A DNA stretch of 59,620 nt, filler included, from Actinomycetota bacterium (lineage in GTDB: Bacteria > Actinomycetota > Actinomycetes > JAKEEW01): assembly GCA_046725875.1 (NCBI GenBank). It is 3 parts of 3 records of this genome, joined end to end, with 100 filler letters (N's around TTAATTAATTAA, not from the genome) between each part and the next. Parts side by side here need not be neighbours in the genome. Positions count along the whole stretch, not along the records: positions 38,964 to 59,620 come from JBKOZJ010000083.1; 2 more parts are not named here. The stretch is one strand, 5' to 3'. The notes beneath the pieces are model-generated. The model was not told the DNA's origin. It did not search any database and saw nothing but the letters and a program-made list of their open reading frames with translations. The position numbers and the translations under genes are program-made. Below are positions 50,390 to 59,620 of the stretch, in pieces. Every line of letters begins with the position of its first letter. Position 1 is the stretch's first letter.

Positions 50390-51345
50390 TAGCCCGTCGC
50401 TTCGGTATCGACTGGAACGCCTCCTGCGCCGACATCCTGTGCTCCGGACCACGCGCCGCCGTTCGCGACGGAATCGGCTGGCCAAAGCCGTTGCAGCATG
50501 TGCCAGTCGTGGGGCTGGGCGGCGATGCCCTCGGCATAGGCGTCCGCCAGCCGTTGCGTCATCATGGCGATCTTCGCCCGGTTCGTGCCTTCCGGCGGTA
50601 TCTGGATCTCGTCCTGGAAATGGATCCGCATCGCCGTGTGCTCGTACGACAGCGCGACCGGCATCAGACAGGCGCCGGTCGAGATCGCGAGCGCCGCCGG
50701 GCCCGGAGGCATCCGCGCGGTCTCCCCGAAGAAGCCGACAGCGATGCCGCTTGCCGACAGGTCTCGGTCGGCGACGAGGCAGACCAGCTTCCCGGCTCGC
50801 AGCCGCGCCTGCAGCATGGTGAACACCGACCGGCCGCCGTCCGCCGGCAGCACCTCCATGCCGAGACTCTCCCGGTACGCGACGAAGCGTCCGTACAACG
50901 ACTCGGGGCGCAGGCGCTCGGCCACGGTCGTGAGCGGCGCGCCGGTCATACAAGCCCACGCCCCGGCGAGGTCCCAGTTGGCCAGGTGCGGCAAAGCGGC
51001 GATGACGCCCCGGCCGCTTTCCATCCCGGCCCGGAAGCTCTTCTCATTCTCGGTCCGGACGGCGCCGACGACCTTGTCAGCCGACCAGACCGGCAGCCGG
51101 AACACCTCGCACCAGTAGCGGAAGTAGGAAGCCATTGCCTGGCGGGAGAGCTCGTGCAGGTCCGCTGCTGCGACCCCGGGGCCGACCACCCGGCGCAGGT
51201 TCCGCTCGAGCTGGATCACGCCGCGACCGCGGCGACGCCACACCTGCTGGCCGATCCGGTCAAAGACTGAGTACGCGGCGGGCTCGGGCAACCGTTTGAT
51301 AGCTGCCCAGCCGGCGGCGTACGCCAGGTCGACGAGGCGGTTCAT
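50389..51345 (-). CDS. patA: phosphatidylinositol mannoside acyltransferase
   Basis: RYWCEVFRLP, PHLANWD, AERLRPE, LVADRDL, DWHMLQ. Confidence 0.93.
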   Translation of the reverse strand: MNRLVDLAYAAGWAAIKRLPEPAAYSVFDRIGQQVWRRRGRGVIQLERNLRRVVGPGVAAADLHELSRQAMASYFRYWCEVFRLPVWSADKVVGAVRTENEKSFRAGMESGRGVIAALPHLANWDLAGAWACMTGAPLTTVAERLRPESLYGRFVAYRESLGMEVLPADGGRSVFTMLQARLRAGKLVCLVADRDLSASGIAVGFFGETARMPPGPAALAISTGACLMPVALSYEHTAMRIHFQDEIQIPPEGTNRAKIAMMTQRLADAYAEGIAAQPHDWHMLQRLWPADSVANGGAWSGAQDVGAGGVPVDTEATG

Positions 51346-52019
51346 CGTGCCGCCCCAGCACCGCCGACCGGCCCCGTCGGCGGTTTGAGAACATCCTCCC
51401 CGTGGTCGGCTCGTCTGCCTTGGGTCTGCTGCCGGACGACGGCCAACCGCTGGCCGAGCGTGATCGTGCTGAGCACCGCGAGGGTCCACAGCCCGATCGC
51501 TTGAATGAATGGAACACCAAGGCCTTCGAGGCCGGTGGTTACCAGGACGAGGAGCAGCCGCTCCGCCCGTTCCGCGATCCCGACGTCGGCGTGGAGGCCG
51601 AGGCCCTCCGCCCGCGCTTTGGCGTACGACACCAACGCCCCGAAGACCAGGCAGTAGAGGCAAAGCGCGACCATCCCAAGGTGATCGCCGTCGCCGGCGA
51701 ACCACAGCGCCAGTCCGCTGAAGATGGCCGCGTCGCCAAGCCGGTCGAGGGTGGAGTCAAAGAACGCGCCCCACTTGGTGACCTTACCGCTCGCCCTTGC
51801 CAGCGCGCCGTCGATCAAGTCGTTGAACACGAAGAACGTGATGACCACGGTGCCAACGAAGAATTGGCCGCGGGGATAGAAGACCAGTGCACCCGCCACC
51901 ACGCCCGCGGTGCCGATCGCGGTCACGACGTCCGGGCTGACGCCGCGCCGCGCGAGCGCGCGGCCTACTGGGTCGAACACCCGAGCAACCGCCTCCCGGG
52001 CACGAAGATTGTTCAGCAT
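51342..52019 (-). CDS. pgsA: phosphatidylinositol phosphate synthase (CDP-alcohol phosphotransferase)
   Basis: DLIDGALAR...GAFFDSTLDRLGD, SYAKARAE, ERAER. Confidence 0.95.
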   Translation of the reverse strand: MLNNLRAREAVARVFDPVGRALARRGVSPDVVTAIGTAGVVAGALVFYPRGQFFVGTVVITFFVFNDLIDGALARASGKVTKWGAFFDSTLDRLGDAAIFSGLALWFAGDGDHLGMVALCLYCLVFGALVSYAKARAEGLGLHADVGIAERAERLLLVLVTTGLEGLGVPFIQAIGLWTLAVLSTITLGQRLAVVRQQTQGRRADHGEDVLKPPTGPVGGAGAAR

Positions 52020-52348
52020 GTGCGTCCTGGTCGGCCAATGATCGTGTGGTGGCGGGGCAATCGTAGCGACGCCCCAACTTCGAAACCCTGATCTAGTCTC
52101 CTGCTGCGTGGCGCAGACCTGCCGGCCGGTCCGGTTCTGCGCAGTCCTCCGCGAAATCAGGCCCGGGGCGAATCGGGACCATCTCGGGGTTTACACGGGA
52201 GCCTCGGAGGGGGAGGCTCGGCAGAACGGGCGCGCATTCCGCGCCGAATCCACGGCAGTCAGCCGCTCGCCGGCACCGCCACCCTCGTGACCGGCGCCGG
52301 ATCTGGTTGTGGACGGCACGCGCCCATCCCATGAGGAGGTGGCACGCA

Positions 52349-54499
52349 GTGGCCGAAAAGAATCCTGCTGGAGCCGCCGGCAGGGCACCAATGGCCGACC
52401 AGCCGGCAGCGATCCGCAACGTGGTGCTGGTCGGCCATACCGGGGCAGGCAAGACGACACTGACCGAATCCCTCCTCGTCGCGACCGGCACCATCAACCG
52501 GGCCGGCCGGGTCGAGGACGGCACTACCATCAGCGACTTCGACGAGGCCGAGCTTCGCCAGCAGCGCTCGGTCGCCCTGGCGCTTGCGCCGTTCGAGCAC
52601 AACGGGGTCAAGGTAAACCTGATCGACACGCCCGGGTACGCCGACTTCGTCGGGGACCTGCGGGCCGGGCTGCGCGCCGCCGACGCAGCGCTGTTCGTCG
52701 TCTCCGCGGCCGACGGCATCGACGGAACGACCCAGATGCTCTGGGAAGAATGTGCTGCAGTTGGCATGCCGCGCGCGGTCGTCGTCACCAAGCTCGACCA
52801 CCACCGGGCCGACTTCGACGAGATCGTGGCGATCTGCAAGCGGGTCTTCGGCGACGGGGTGCTCCCGCTCTATCTGCCGCTGCACGCCGACGACGGATCG
52901 GTCGCCGGGCTGATCGGCCTGTTGTCGCAGAAGATCTTCGACTACTCCGGTGACGGCCGAACCGAGCGAGATCCCGATTCCGAGCATCTCCCACTCATCG
53001 AGGAGGCCCGCAACGCGCTCATCGAGGGGATCATCGCCGAGAGCGAGGACGAGTCCCTGATGGACCGCTACCTTGGCGGCGAGGAGCTCGACATCAAGCT
53101 GCTCATCGAGGACCTGGAGAAGGCGGTCTCCCGCGGCTCGTTCTACCCGGTGCTCGCCACCGCCCTCACGCCGCCCGGATTCGGCACCGCCGAGCTCCTT
53201 GAGGTCATCACGCAGGCGTTCCCGTCGCCGGTCGAGCACATGATCCCCACGGTCACCACCCCAGACGGTAAGCCGCGTGAGCCGCTGAGCTGCGACCCGA
53301 ACGGTCCGCTCGCGGCCGAGGTCGTAAAGACAACGTCCGACCCGTACGTTGGCCGGATCAGCTTGGTACGGATGTTTTCCGGGACACTGCGGCCGGATGT
53401 GACCGTACACGTCTCCGGGCACTTCCTTGCCGACCGGGGCCACGAGGCCCACGACGTCGACGAGCGCGCCGGCGCCCTCACCTCGCCGCTCGGCAAGACG
53501 CAGCGCACCATCTCCCAGTGCATCGCCGGCGACATCTGCGCCGTCGCCAAGCTGACCCGGGCGGAGACCGGCGACACGCTGTCGGACAAGGACAACCCGC
53601 TGCTCATGGAGCCGTGGGTGATGCCGGAGCCGCTGCTCCCGGTGGCGATCGTCGCCAAATCGAAGGCGGACGAGGACAAACTCTCCTCCGGCCTGTCGCG
53701 GCTGGTCGCCGAGGACCCGACGATGCGCCTGGAGATGAATTCAGAGACCAAGCAGATGGTCCTGTGGTCAATGGGCGAGGCACACGTCGACGTGCTGCTG
53801 GACCGCCTGGCAAATCGCTACGGAGTAACGGTTGACACCATTCCGGTCAAGGTGTCGCTGCGCGAAACCTTTGGAACCGGGGCCAAGGGCCATGGCCGGC
53901 ACGTCAAGCAATCCGGCGGGCACGGGCAGTACGGCATCGCCGACCTCGAGGTCGAGCCGCTGCCCGAGGGCTCGGGGTTCGAGTTCGTCGACAAGGTGTT
54001 CGGCGGTGCGGTGCCGCGGCAGTTCATCCCGTCGGTCGAGAAGGGCGTGCGGGCGCAGATGGAAAAGGGAGTCTTCGCCGGTTACCCGGTCGTCGACGTT
54101 CGCGTCACCCTCTTTGACGGTAAGGCGCACTCGGTCGACTCCTCCGACATGGCCTTCCAGATGGCCGGCGCGCTGGCGTTGAGGGATGCCGCCGCCAACG
54201 CGAAGATCGACCTGCTGGAGCCGATCGACGAGGTGTCGATCCTGGTCGGCGACGAGTACGTCGGCGCCGTCATGGGTGATCTGTCGTCCCGCCGTGGCCG
54301 GGTGCTCGGAACCGAGCCCGTGGGCACCGGCCGCACTCTCGTCAAGGCCGAGGTGCCGCAGCTGGAGATGACCCGGTACGCCATCGACCTGCGGTCGCTG
54401 TCGCACGGAGCGGGTACCTTCACCCGCACCTATGTACGCCACGAGCCGATGCCGGGACAGCTCGTGGCAAAGGTGAAGGAGGCCGAAGCGTCTAGCTGA
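52349..54499 (+). CDS. fusA2: elongation factor G-like protein EF-G2
   Basis: GHTGAGKTT, DTPGYADF, TKLD, KQSGGHGQY, HSVDSS; GAGGAGG SD; divergent from pgsA. Confidence 0.95.
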   Translation: MAEKNPAGAAGRAPMADQPAAIRNVVLVGHTGAGKTTLTESLLVATGTINRAGRVEDGTTISDFDEAELRQQRSVALALAPFEHNGVKVNLIDTPGYADFVGDLRAGLRAADAALFVVSAADGIDGTTQMLWEECAAVGMPRAVVVTKLDHHRADFDEIVAICKRVFGDGVLPLYLPLHADDGSVAGLIGLLSQKIFDYSGDGRTERDPDSEHLPLIEEARNALIEGIIAESEDESLMDRYLGGEELDIKLLIEDLEKAVSRGSFYPVLATALTPPGFGTAELLEVITQAFPSPVEHMIPTVTTPDGKPREPLSCDPNGPLAAEVVKTTSDPYVGRISLVRMFSGTLRPDVTVHVSGHFLADRGHEAHDVDERAGALTSPLGKTQRTISQCIAGDICAVAKLTRAETGDTLSDKDNPLLMEPWVMPEPLLPVAIVAKSKADEDKLSSGLSRLVAEDPTMRLEMNSETKQMVLWSMGEAHVDVLLDRLANRYGVTVDTIPVKVSLRETFGTGAKGHGRHVKQSGGHGQYGIADLEVEPLPEGSGFEFVDKVFGGAVPRQFIPSVEKGVRAQMEKGVFAGYPVVDVRVTLFDGKAHSVDSSDMAFQMAGALALRDAAANAKIDLLEPIDEVSILVGDEYVGAVMGDLSSRRGRVLGTEPVGTGRTLVKAEVPQLEMTRYAIDLRSLSHGAGTFTRTYVRHEPMPGQLVAKVKEAEASS

Positions 54500-54624
54500 C
54501 AGCCCGACCGCGCGTCGGGTCCCTGACGCTGATCACCGGCAGTCAACGCCGACATGGACCTCGAGGGCCGGTGATCACCGCGTGGCGACCGACCCCCGGT
54601 TGACATGAGCCTTACGCTCACGCC

Positions 54625-55092
54625 ATGCGAACGGGTGCCGATCGGGCCCAACCGCGGCTCGGAAGGGTGGGTGTCGCCTGGCGGGTGACGGTCACCGTCG
54701 CGGCCATCGGCGCGCTGATCTGGGGATCGGGATGGGGTACGGACGACGCGTTCCCGGCCGGACCGATGGTGCAGTACGCGTTCTACGTGGACCCGAACGG
54801 CACGATCTCCTCGAACTACATCGAAGCCGACACGACGGCCGGCACCAGGGTCAAGGTGCGGCTGTCGTCGGAAGGTGTCGGCATCCCGCGTGGCGAGATC
54901 GAGGGCCAGCTCGGCCGGATCATCGAGGACCCGTCGTTGCTCCAGTCGATCGCCGATGCGCAGCGCCGACGCCATCCAGATGAGCCGCAGTTCGTCCGGC
55001 TCTACGTGGTGGTCGATGTAACGCATCTGCACGACCGCATCCCGGGCGCCGTGACGAAGAAGACGCTCGCGACCTGGGACGTCAAGCCATGA
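54625..55092 (+). CDS. single-TM hypothetical protein, partner of the HTTM-like gene
   Basis: TM then DDAFPAGPMVQYA; ATG 6 nt after TACGCT; ATGA overlap with the next gene. Confidence 0.85.
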   Translation: MRTGADRAQPRLGRVGVAWRVTVTVAAIGALIWGSGWGTDDAFPAGPMVQYAFYVDPNGTISSNYIEADTTAGTRVKVRLSSEGVGIPRGEIEGQLGRIIEDPSLLQSIADAQRRRHPDEPQFVRLYVVVDVTHLHDRIPGAVTKKTLATWDVKP

Positions 55093-56162
55093 CCGCGACC
55101 GCTCCGCGGCCAGAAACGTCATCGACTGCGGCTGGCGGCCGCTCCTCGGTTGACGGTCGGATCGCCGACCCCCGCGGAATCCGACGGCGAGTGGTCGAGG
55201 GGGCGGACCGGGGTGACCGGGCCGGTCCTCCGGCTATCGCGCCCGGCACTCGGCTGCGCGACTGGTGGTTCCAACCCGAGCCCTATGCCCGCGTGGCGAT
55301 CCTTCGCAGCGTCATCTATCTCTTCGTGATCCTCGACATCTGGAGATTCGTCAACGACGTGGTGCCGAAAGGGTACGTACCGGCCGATCTGTACCGACCG
55401 CTCCTCATTCCGCGCATACTCCAGCTCCCGATACCAAATCCGATGATCGTGCACACGCTCGAGGTGGTCCTCATTGTGGGATGCGTTGCAGCGGCCGCCG
55501 GATTCCTCCCCCGGCTGGCCGGCTGGGCGGTGGCGCTCGCGTTCACGTGGTGGTTGTTCGTCGACATGTCGTACGGCAAGGTCGACCACGACCACCTGGC
55601 GCTGCTGGTCGCCCTTTACGTGCTCCCCACCGTGGGTGCGCGTAGCCCGAGCACCTTGTGGCCACCCCGGTTCCAGACCCGCGGCTGGCGGGACCTCACC
55701 AGGACGGAGGCGGCGGGCTGGGCCCTGCGCTGCATCCAAGTCGCCGTCGTTGCGACGTACTTTCTCTCCGCGTGGGCGAAGATCCGGGTGGGCGGCTGGC
55801 ACTGGCCGACCGGTGCCACCTTTGCCTGGGCGGTCGACCGGCGCGGCACCTGGCTCGCCGACCCGGCGATGGACCACCCGTGGGTCCTGGTCGCCGGCCA
55901 ATGGACGCTGATCAGCGCGGAGGCGCTGTCACCGCTGGTGTTCGTGCTCCGCGGACGGTGGCGCGCCGCGTTCATCGGGTTCTGGCTCTTCTTCCACCTG
56001 ACCACGTACCTCGCCATCACGATCCATTTCCTCCCGACGGCGGTCGGCTGGCTCGCTTTCGCGCCGCTCGAGCGCACTCGCGCGGCTTTGCGCGCTATCG
56101 CTACGAGACTTCGCCGCAAGCCGCGCGTGCCCGGTCTTGTCCCGGAGGGCACAAGTAGCTAG
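55089..56162 (+). CDS. HTTM-like multi-pass membrane protein
   Basis: SYGKVDHDH, VATYFLSAWAKI..GWHW, AEALSP, FHLTTYLAITIHF. Confidence 0.8.
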   Translation: MTATAPRPETSSTAAGGRSSVDGRIADPRGIRRRVVEGADRGDRAGPPAIAPGTRLRDWWFQPEPYARVAILRSVIYLFVILDIWRFVNDVVPKGYVPADLYRPLLIPRILQLPIPNPMIVHTLEVVLIVGCVAAAAGFLPRLAGWAVALAFTWWLFVDMSYGKVDHDHLALLVALYVLPTVGARSPSTLWPPRFQTRGWRDLTRTEAAGWALRCIQVAVVATYFLSAWAKIRVGGWHWPTGATFAWAVDRRGTWLADPAMDHPWVLVAGQWTLISAEALSPLVFVLRGRWRAAFIGFWLFFHLTTYLAITIHFLPTAVGWLAFAPLERTRAALRAIATRLRRKPRVPGLVPEGTSS

Positions 56163-56324
56163 CGCGTGGATGGCGTCCGGGGCCTTCGCGTCCTCGGACG
56201 GCGCGGCGAGTCGCGAGAGACCGGATCGCCCGCTTGGCTGATGAAGTGGCTGCGCGACTGGCTCGACCTGCCGGTGAGCTAAGCCGGCGACGCGACCACG
56301 GCCGGATAAACGATCCCAGGCGGC

Positions 56325-57758
56325 TTAAGGCCGGATCGGGCGGCCGAGTGCGAGTCGGGCTGCCTGCCACCCGCCCATCCCGTGCACACCCGCTCCAGGC
56401 GGAGTGCTGGCCGAGCAGATGTAGAGGCCCGGTACCGGCGTGGCCCAAGGTCGCGGGGCGTAGACCGGTCGGCCTACGAACTGGCTCAGTTTGGCTGAGC
56501 CACCGCCTATATCACCACCCACGAGGTTCGGATTGTGCCGTTCGAGTGCGGCCGGTCCGGTTGTGTGGCGGGCAAGCACGACTTCTCGGAAGCCGGGGGC
56601 AAAGCGCTCGATTTGCGCCTCGATCGCGTCCGTCATGTCCACGGTCGAGCCGTTGGGAACGTGGCAATACGCCCACAGCGTGTGTTTGCCCTTCGGGGCG
56701 CGGCTCGGGTCTGCGACGCACGCTTGGACAAGCAGGACATATGGCCGATCCGGGTGGCGTCCCCGAGAGACTTCGGACTCGGAGCGGGCGATCTCCTCGT
56801 GCGCTCCACAGACATGTACGGTTCCCGCGCGGCAGACGGTCTGATCACGCCACGGTACGGGTCCCGAAAGGGCCCAGTCGACCTTGAAGACCCCGGGGCC
56901 GTAGCGAAAACGCTGGAGTCGCCTGCGGTAGCTCGCGGGCAGCCGCTCCCCCGCAATCGAAAGAACCTGCCTCGGGGTGAGGTCGAGCAGTACGGCCGGC
57001 GCGGCTGGAATTTCGGCGAGGTCGCGGATCCGCCGGCCAGTTACCACCTCGCCGCTAAGCCGTTCGAGCCGGGTCGCCATGGCGTTGGCGAGCACCTGGG
57101 AGCCGCCGCGGACGACCGGCCAACCGACTTGGTGCGCCAGGCCGGCGAGCATCAGTCCGTAACCCGCGGTCGAGGCCGCATCAAGGCTGAGCATGGAATG
57201 CGCGGCCATCCCGGCGAACGCCGCCCGGGCCCTGGCGGTGCGGAAGCCCGTTCGGGCGAATAGGTTCGCCGGGGCGATCCCCATGACGCCGAACCGCGCC
57301 GCCGACAGCGGTGCCTTCGGCAGGTGCAGGGGCGCGAGCAGGGTGTCGACGAGTGGTGAACCGCCGCGCGCGGTCGCCCCGACCGTCGCCCGCCAGGCGC
57401 CCGCGTCTCGGCCAAGCTCCTGGGCGGTCTGCTCGGCATCACGGTGGATGATGACGGCGGGCTCGCCATCCAGGGGATGCGCCGCCGGGGCCGGCGGGTG
57501 CGCCCATTCGACGCCGTCCTTCTCTGGAGCAATCTCGCGGAACGCCGGTGACGCGAGTGCGAGCGCGACGACGGTCGCGCACACGTCGTGCCGGAATCCG
57601 GGAAGGGTGAGCTCCTTGGTGCGCAGTCCACCACCGACGCGCTCGGCCCCGTCGACAAGCAGGACACGCCGACCGGCTTCGGCGAGCGTGACCGCGGCGA
57701 CAAGGCCGTTCGGGCCGGCGCCAACGACGACAGCGTCGAACCCGTCGGCCCTCGTCAT
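56325..57758 (-). CDS. phytoene desaturase-like NAD(P)/FAD oxidoreductase
   Basis: [40 protein letters not shown]. Confidence 0.93.
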   Translation of the reverse strand: MTRADGFDAVVVGAGPNGLVAAVTLAEAGRRVLLVDGAERVGGGLRTKELTLPGFRHDVCATVVALALASPAFREIAPEKDGVEWAHPPAPAAHPLDGEPAVIIHRDAEQTAQELGRDAGAWRATVGATARGGSPLVDTLLAPLHLPKAPLSAARFGVMGIAPANLFARTGFRTARARAAFAGMAAHSMLSLDAASTAGYGLMLAGLAHQVGWPVVRGGSQVLANAMATRLERLSGEVVTGRRIRDLAEIPAAPAVLLDLTPRQVLSIAGERLPASYRRRLQRFRYGPGVFKVDWALSGPVPWRDQTVCRAGTVHVCGAHEEIARSESEVSRGRHPDRPYVLLVQACVADPSRAPKGKHTLWAYCHVPNGSTVDMTDAIEAQIERFAPGFREVVLARHTTGPAALERHNPNLVGGDIGGGSAKLSQFVGRPVYAPRPWATPVPGLYICSASTPPGAGVHGMGGWQAARLALGRPIRP

Positions 57759-57857
57759 CCGGCGTCCTTTCTGATCACTGCAGCCTCCCGCAGCTCGCCG
57801 ACGGCATCCGGCTCACTCATCCTTCTATACGGGACTCTCTACCGTTGGGTTGACACC

Positions 57858-57942
57858 ATGAATGTGCCGTTGACTCGATAGGTTCGCGTGAACGGCACAT
57901 TCATTCCCCGCCGATTTGAGCGAACGGCACATTCATTCCCCG
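57858..57942. repeat. short inverted plus direct repeat cluster
   Basis: ATGAATGTGCCGTT (57858-57871) is inverted at 57891-57904; 21-nt GAACGGCACATTCATTCCCCG at 57890 and 57922. Confidence 0.8.
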
Positions 57943-57949
57943 GCCGGCT

Positions 57950-59293
57950 TCATTGCCCGGCTGGCATTTCCCGGTTAGTGCTGAGCGTGCCGTCGTACGC
58001 GGCGAGAGCGAGCAGGGTGATGGCGGCGGTCCAGCCGAGGGGGGCAACCGACACCGGATGGTCGAATCGTGAGACACGTTCTGGGAGCGAGCCGGTCGTG
58101 GTGCGGTGTTGGTCGAGCCAGTCAAGCAGACGTTCCGCTTCGATCCGATCGGCCGGGTCGCCGGACGCGGCGAATGCGAGCGCGAAGAGCGCGGTCTCGG
58201 GCGTCCACGCCTCGTTCGGGTCACCGCCCCACTTCTCGCCGGGCCGGATACCGCCGTTGGGTACGGCCAACCGCGCCGCCGTGTCCCGTACGACAGCTTC
58301 GGTCGCGGTGTCGAAGGGCGCGAACGGCGGGGCGAGGAACGCGACGGCCGCGTCGGCACCGCTGCCACGCTTGGGCTGCCGCTGGTAGCCCGTCGCACCG
58401 AAGCTCGCGTCGACGGCCGCCGCCAACCGGTCGGCGGCGGCGGACCAGCGGTCGGCATCCGCTGGGTAGCCCAACCGGCCAGCCAATTCGGTCGCGATGC
58501 GGAGCCCGGCAAGCAGCGGCGCCGCGGTGCCCAGCGTCACTGCGCTGCCCTTCTCCCAATAGTCGGGGGATTTGCCAGGCAAACCGTCGCGGCCAAGGGA
58601 CCGTGCGGCAGCATCGGCGGCACCGCGCACCATGGGCCACAGGCCGGGCACGGCGGGACCATCCGGTTGCCCCGCGCACAGGCCAACGGCCCACGGCACC
58701 CAGCCGGTCGCGTCGAGTTGTGGCTTGCGGCGCTCGCGGACCGGCTCACCGTGGAGGTGATAGCGGGCGGACCAGGTGCCGTCGTCATGCTGCGTTTGCG
58801 CCAAGAATCCGAGCACGCTGGCCGCCTCGGCCTGGTGACCAGTCACGCAGAATGCCGCCGCCACCCACGCGGCGTCGCGAGGCCAGACGTTGCGCCACGG
58901 ACCGTAGTTGGCCGCGATGGTCGCACCGTTCGGCTTGGTCAGCGCACGAATGTCGAGCAGCGCTTGCCCGGCCATGTCCGCCCAACGGGTGCTGGCGGCG
59001 GGCACCGAACCATATGTCAACCACAGGCGGGCATCCGCTAGCTGATTCGGCGTGTAGCGCGTGGCGGCATCGCGTACCGACCACGCAGGAGTTGGCGAGT
59101 AATTTTGGCCCCAGCGCAGAACGGCTACGACGGCGAGTACGGCGACCGCGAGCCAGGTCAGCCTGATACGCAAACGACTGAGGGCCGTGCGCCGCGGCGC
59201 TGCGGCGACCGAGCCGCCACCGCCGGACCCGCTGGTCCCAGCGTCGGCTCGGTCCGGCTCTTTAGACGTCTCCGCCCCGCTTCCCATCCCCAC
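57950..59293 (-). CDS. membrane-anchored GH15-like (glucoamylase-type) glycoside hydrolase
   Basis: WPRDAAW, QLDATGW, PDYWE, LPERV, PLGWT; N-terminal TM. Confidence 0.85.
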   Translation of the reverse strand: MGMGSGAETSKEPDRADAGTSGSGGGGSVAAAPRRTALSRLRIRLTWLAVAVLAVVAVLRWGQNYSPTPAWSVRDAATRYTPNQLADARLWLTYGSVPAASTRWADMAGQALLDIRALTKPNGATIAANYGPWRNVWPRDAAWVAAAFCVTGHQAEAASVLGFLAQTQHDDGTWSARYHLHGEPVRERRKPQLDATGWVPWAVGLCAGQPDGPAVPGLWPMVRGAADAAARSLGRDGLPGKSPDYWEKGSAVTLGTAAPLLAGLRIATELAGRLGYPADADRWSAAADRLAAAVDASFGATGYQRQPKRGSGADAAVAFLAPPFAPFDTATEAVVRDTAARLAVPNGGIRPGEKWGGDPNEAWTPETALFALAFAASGDPADRIEAERLLDWLDQHRTTTGSLPERVSRFDHPVSVAPLGWTAAITLLALAAYDGTLSTNREMPAGQ

Positions 59294-59430
59294 CCTCGTC
59301 CCAACCCCGGCGCTATGCCGGCAACCGGTAGGCGCCGCTCAAGCGGCTGATCTGTTCAGATGAAGTCTGGGGAGATTTATACCTCCCGTTGGGGTATGCC
59401 CCGAACATGAGGTATGGCACACTCCGTACG

Positions 59431-59461
59431 GCTCGCAGGCCCGCTCCGCGGGCCTGCGAGC
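59431..59461. repeat. perfect 14-bp hairpin
   Basis: GCTCGCAGGCCCGC-TCC-GCGGGCCTGCGAGC. Confidence 0.7.
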
Positions 59462-59620
59462 GGGCTCCGCCGGAGGGTTGACCGGCGACAGCGCGGATGC
59501 CTCGGTCAGCGCGCGGGGGGATCGCGCGGCCACTGCCCGCATATTGGTATGACTTCGACCGAGCCGGCGAGCCGCCGCCGGGCTTGGGTACGACGCGGAG
59601 CCCGGGGGATTGCTCCTCAT

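Noticed and set aside
57858..57942. Possible mini-CRISPR
   Set aside because: Only two 21-nt direct repeats with an 11-nt spacer, and no cas genes

Overview
High-GC actinobacterial DNA made of three separate contigs joined by artificial N-padded TTAATTAATTAA linkers (22040-22139, 38864-38963), so adjacency across the linkers is not biological. Contig 1 (1-22039) is an accessory region rich in gene remnants. It carries small VOC, PPOX, RibD_C and GNAT genes, a DppA-type aminopeptidase, a Cys-rich class III adenylate cyclase, a PLD/YihY/DAG-kinase/2xPAP2 lipid cluster whose three start-proximal regions share a GGGTAGC stress-sigma-like motif, a secreted FG-GAP-like repeat protein, a cold-shock gene, a lipoprotein and a partial GH53 galactanase. 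Contig 2 (22140-38863) is core actinobacterial genome: PimB'-like GT4, M48 peptidase, two NlpC/P60 hydrolases behind a c-di-AMP (ydaO) riboswitch, NYN protein, DnaQ-UvrC-like fusion, rhomboid, AsnC, trpD, a receiver protein and a partial AAA-LuxR regulator. It has two clean PafBC (RecA-NDp) promoter motifs. Contig 3 (38964-59620) holds a moxR-DUF58-vWA-protease operon followed by an ABC-2 pair, then yebC-pdxT-pdxS, pimA-patA-pgsA, EF-G2, an HTTM-like gene pair, a phytoene-dehydrogenase-like oxidoreductase and a GH15-like hydrolase. A GTAG-type REP-like palindrome family recurs in intergenic spaces. I found no CRISPR array, rRNA, tRNA or transposase, and no unambiguous novel system. The best leads are the co-regulated lipid island containing YihY, the REP-like family, the HTTM pair and the MoxR-protease-ABC unit. 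All family calls come from motif recognition by eye, not database searches.
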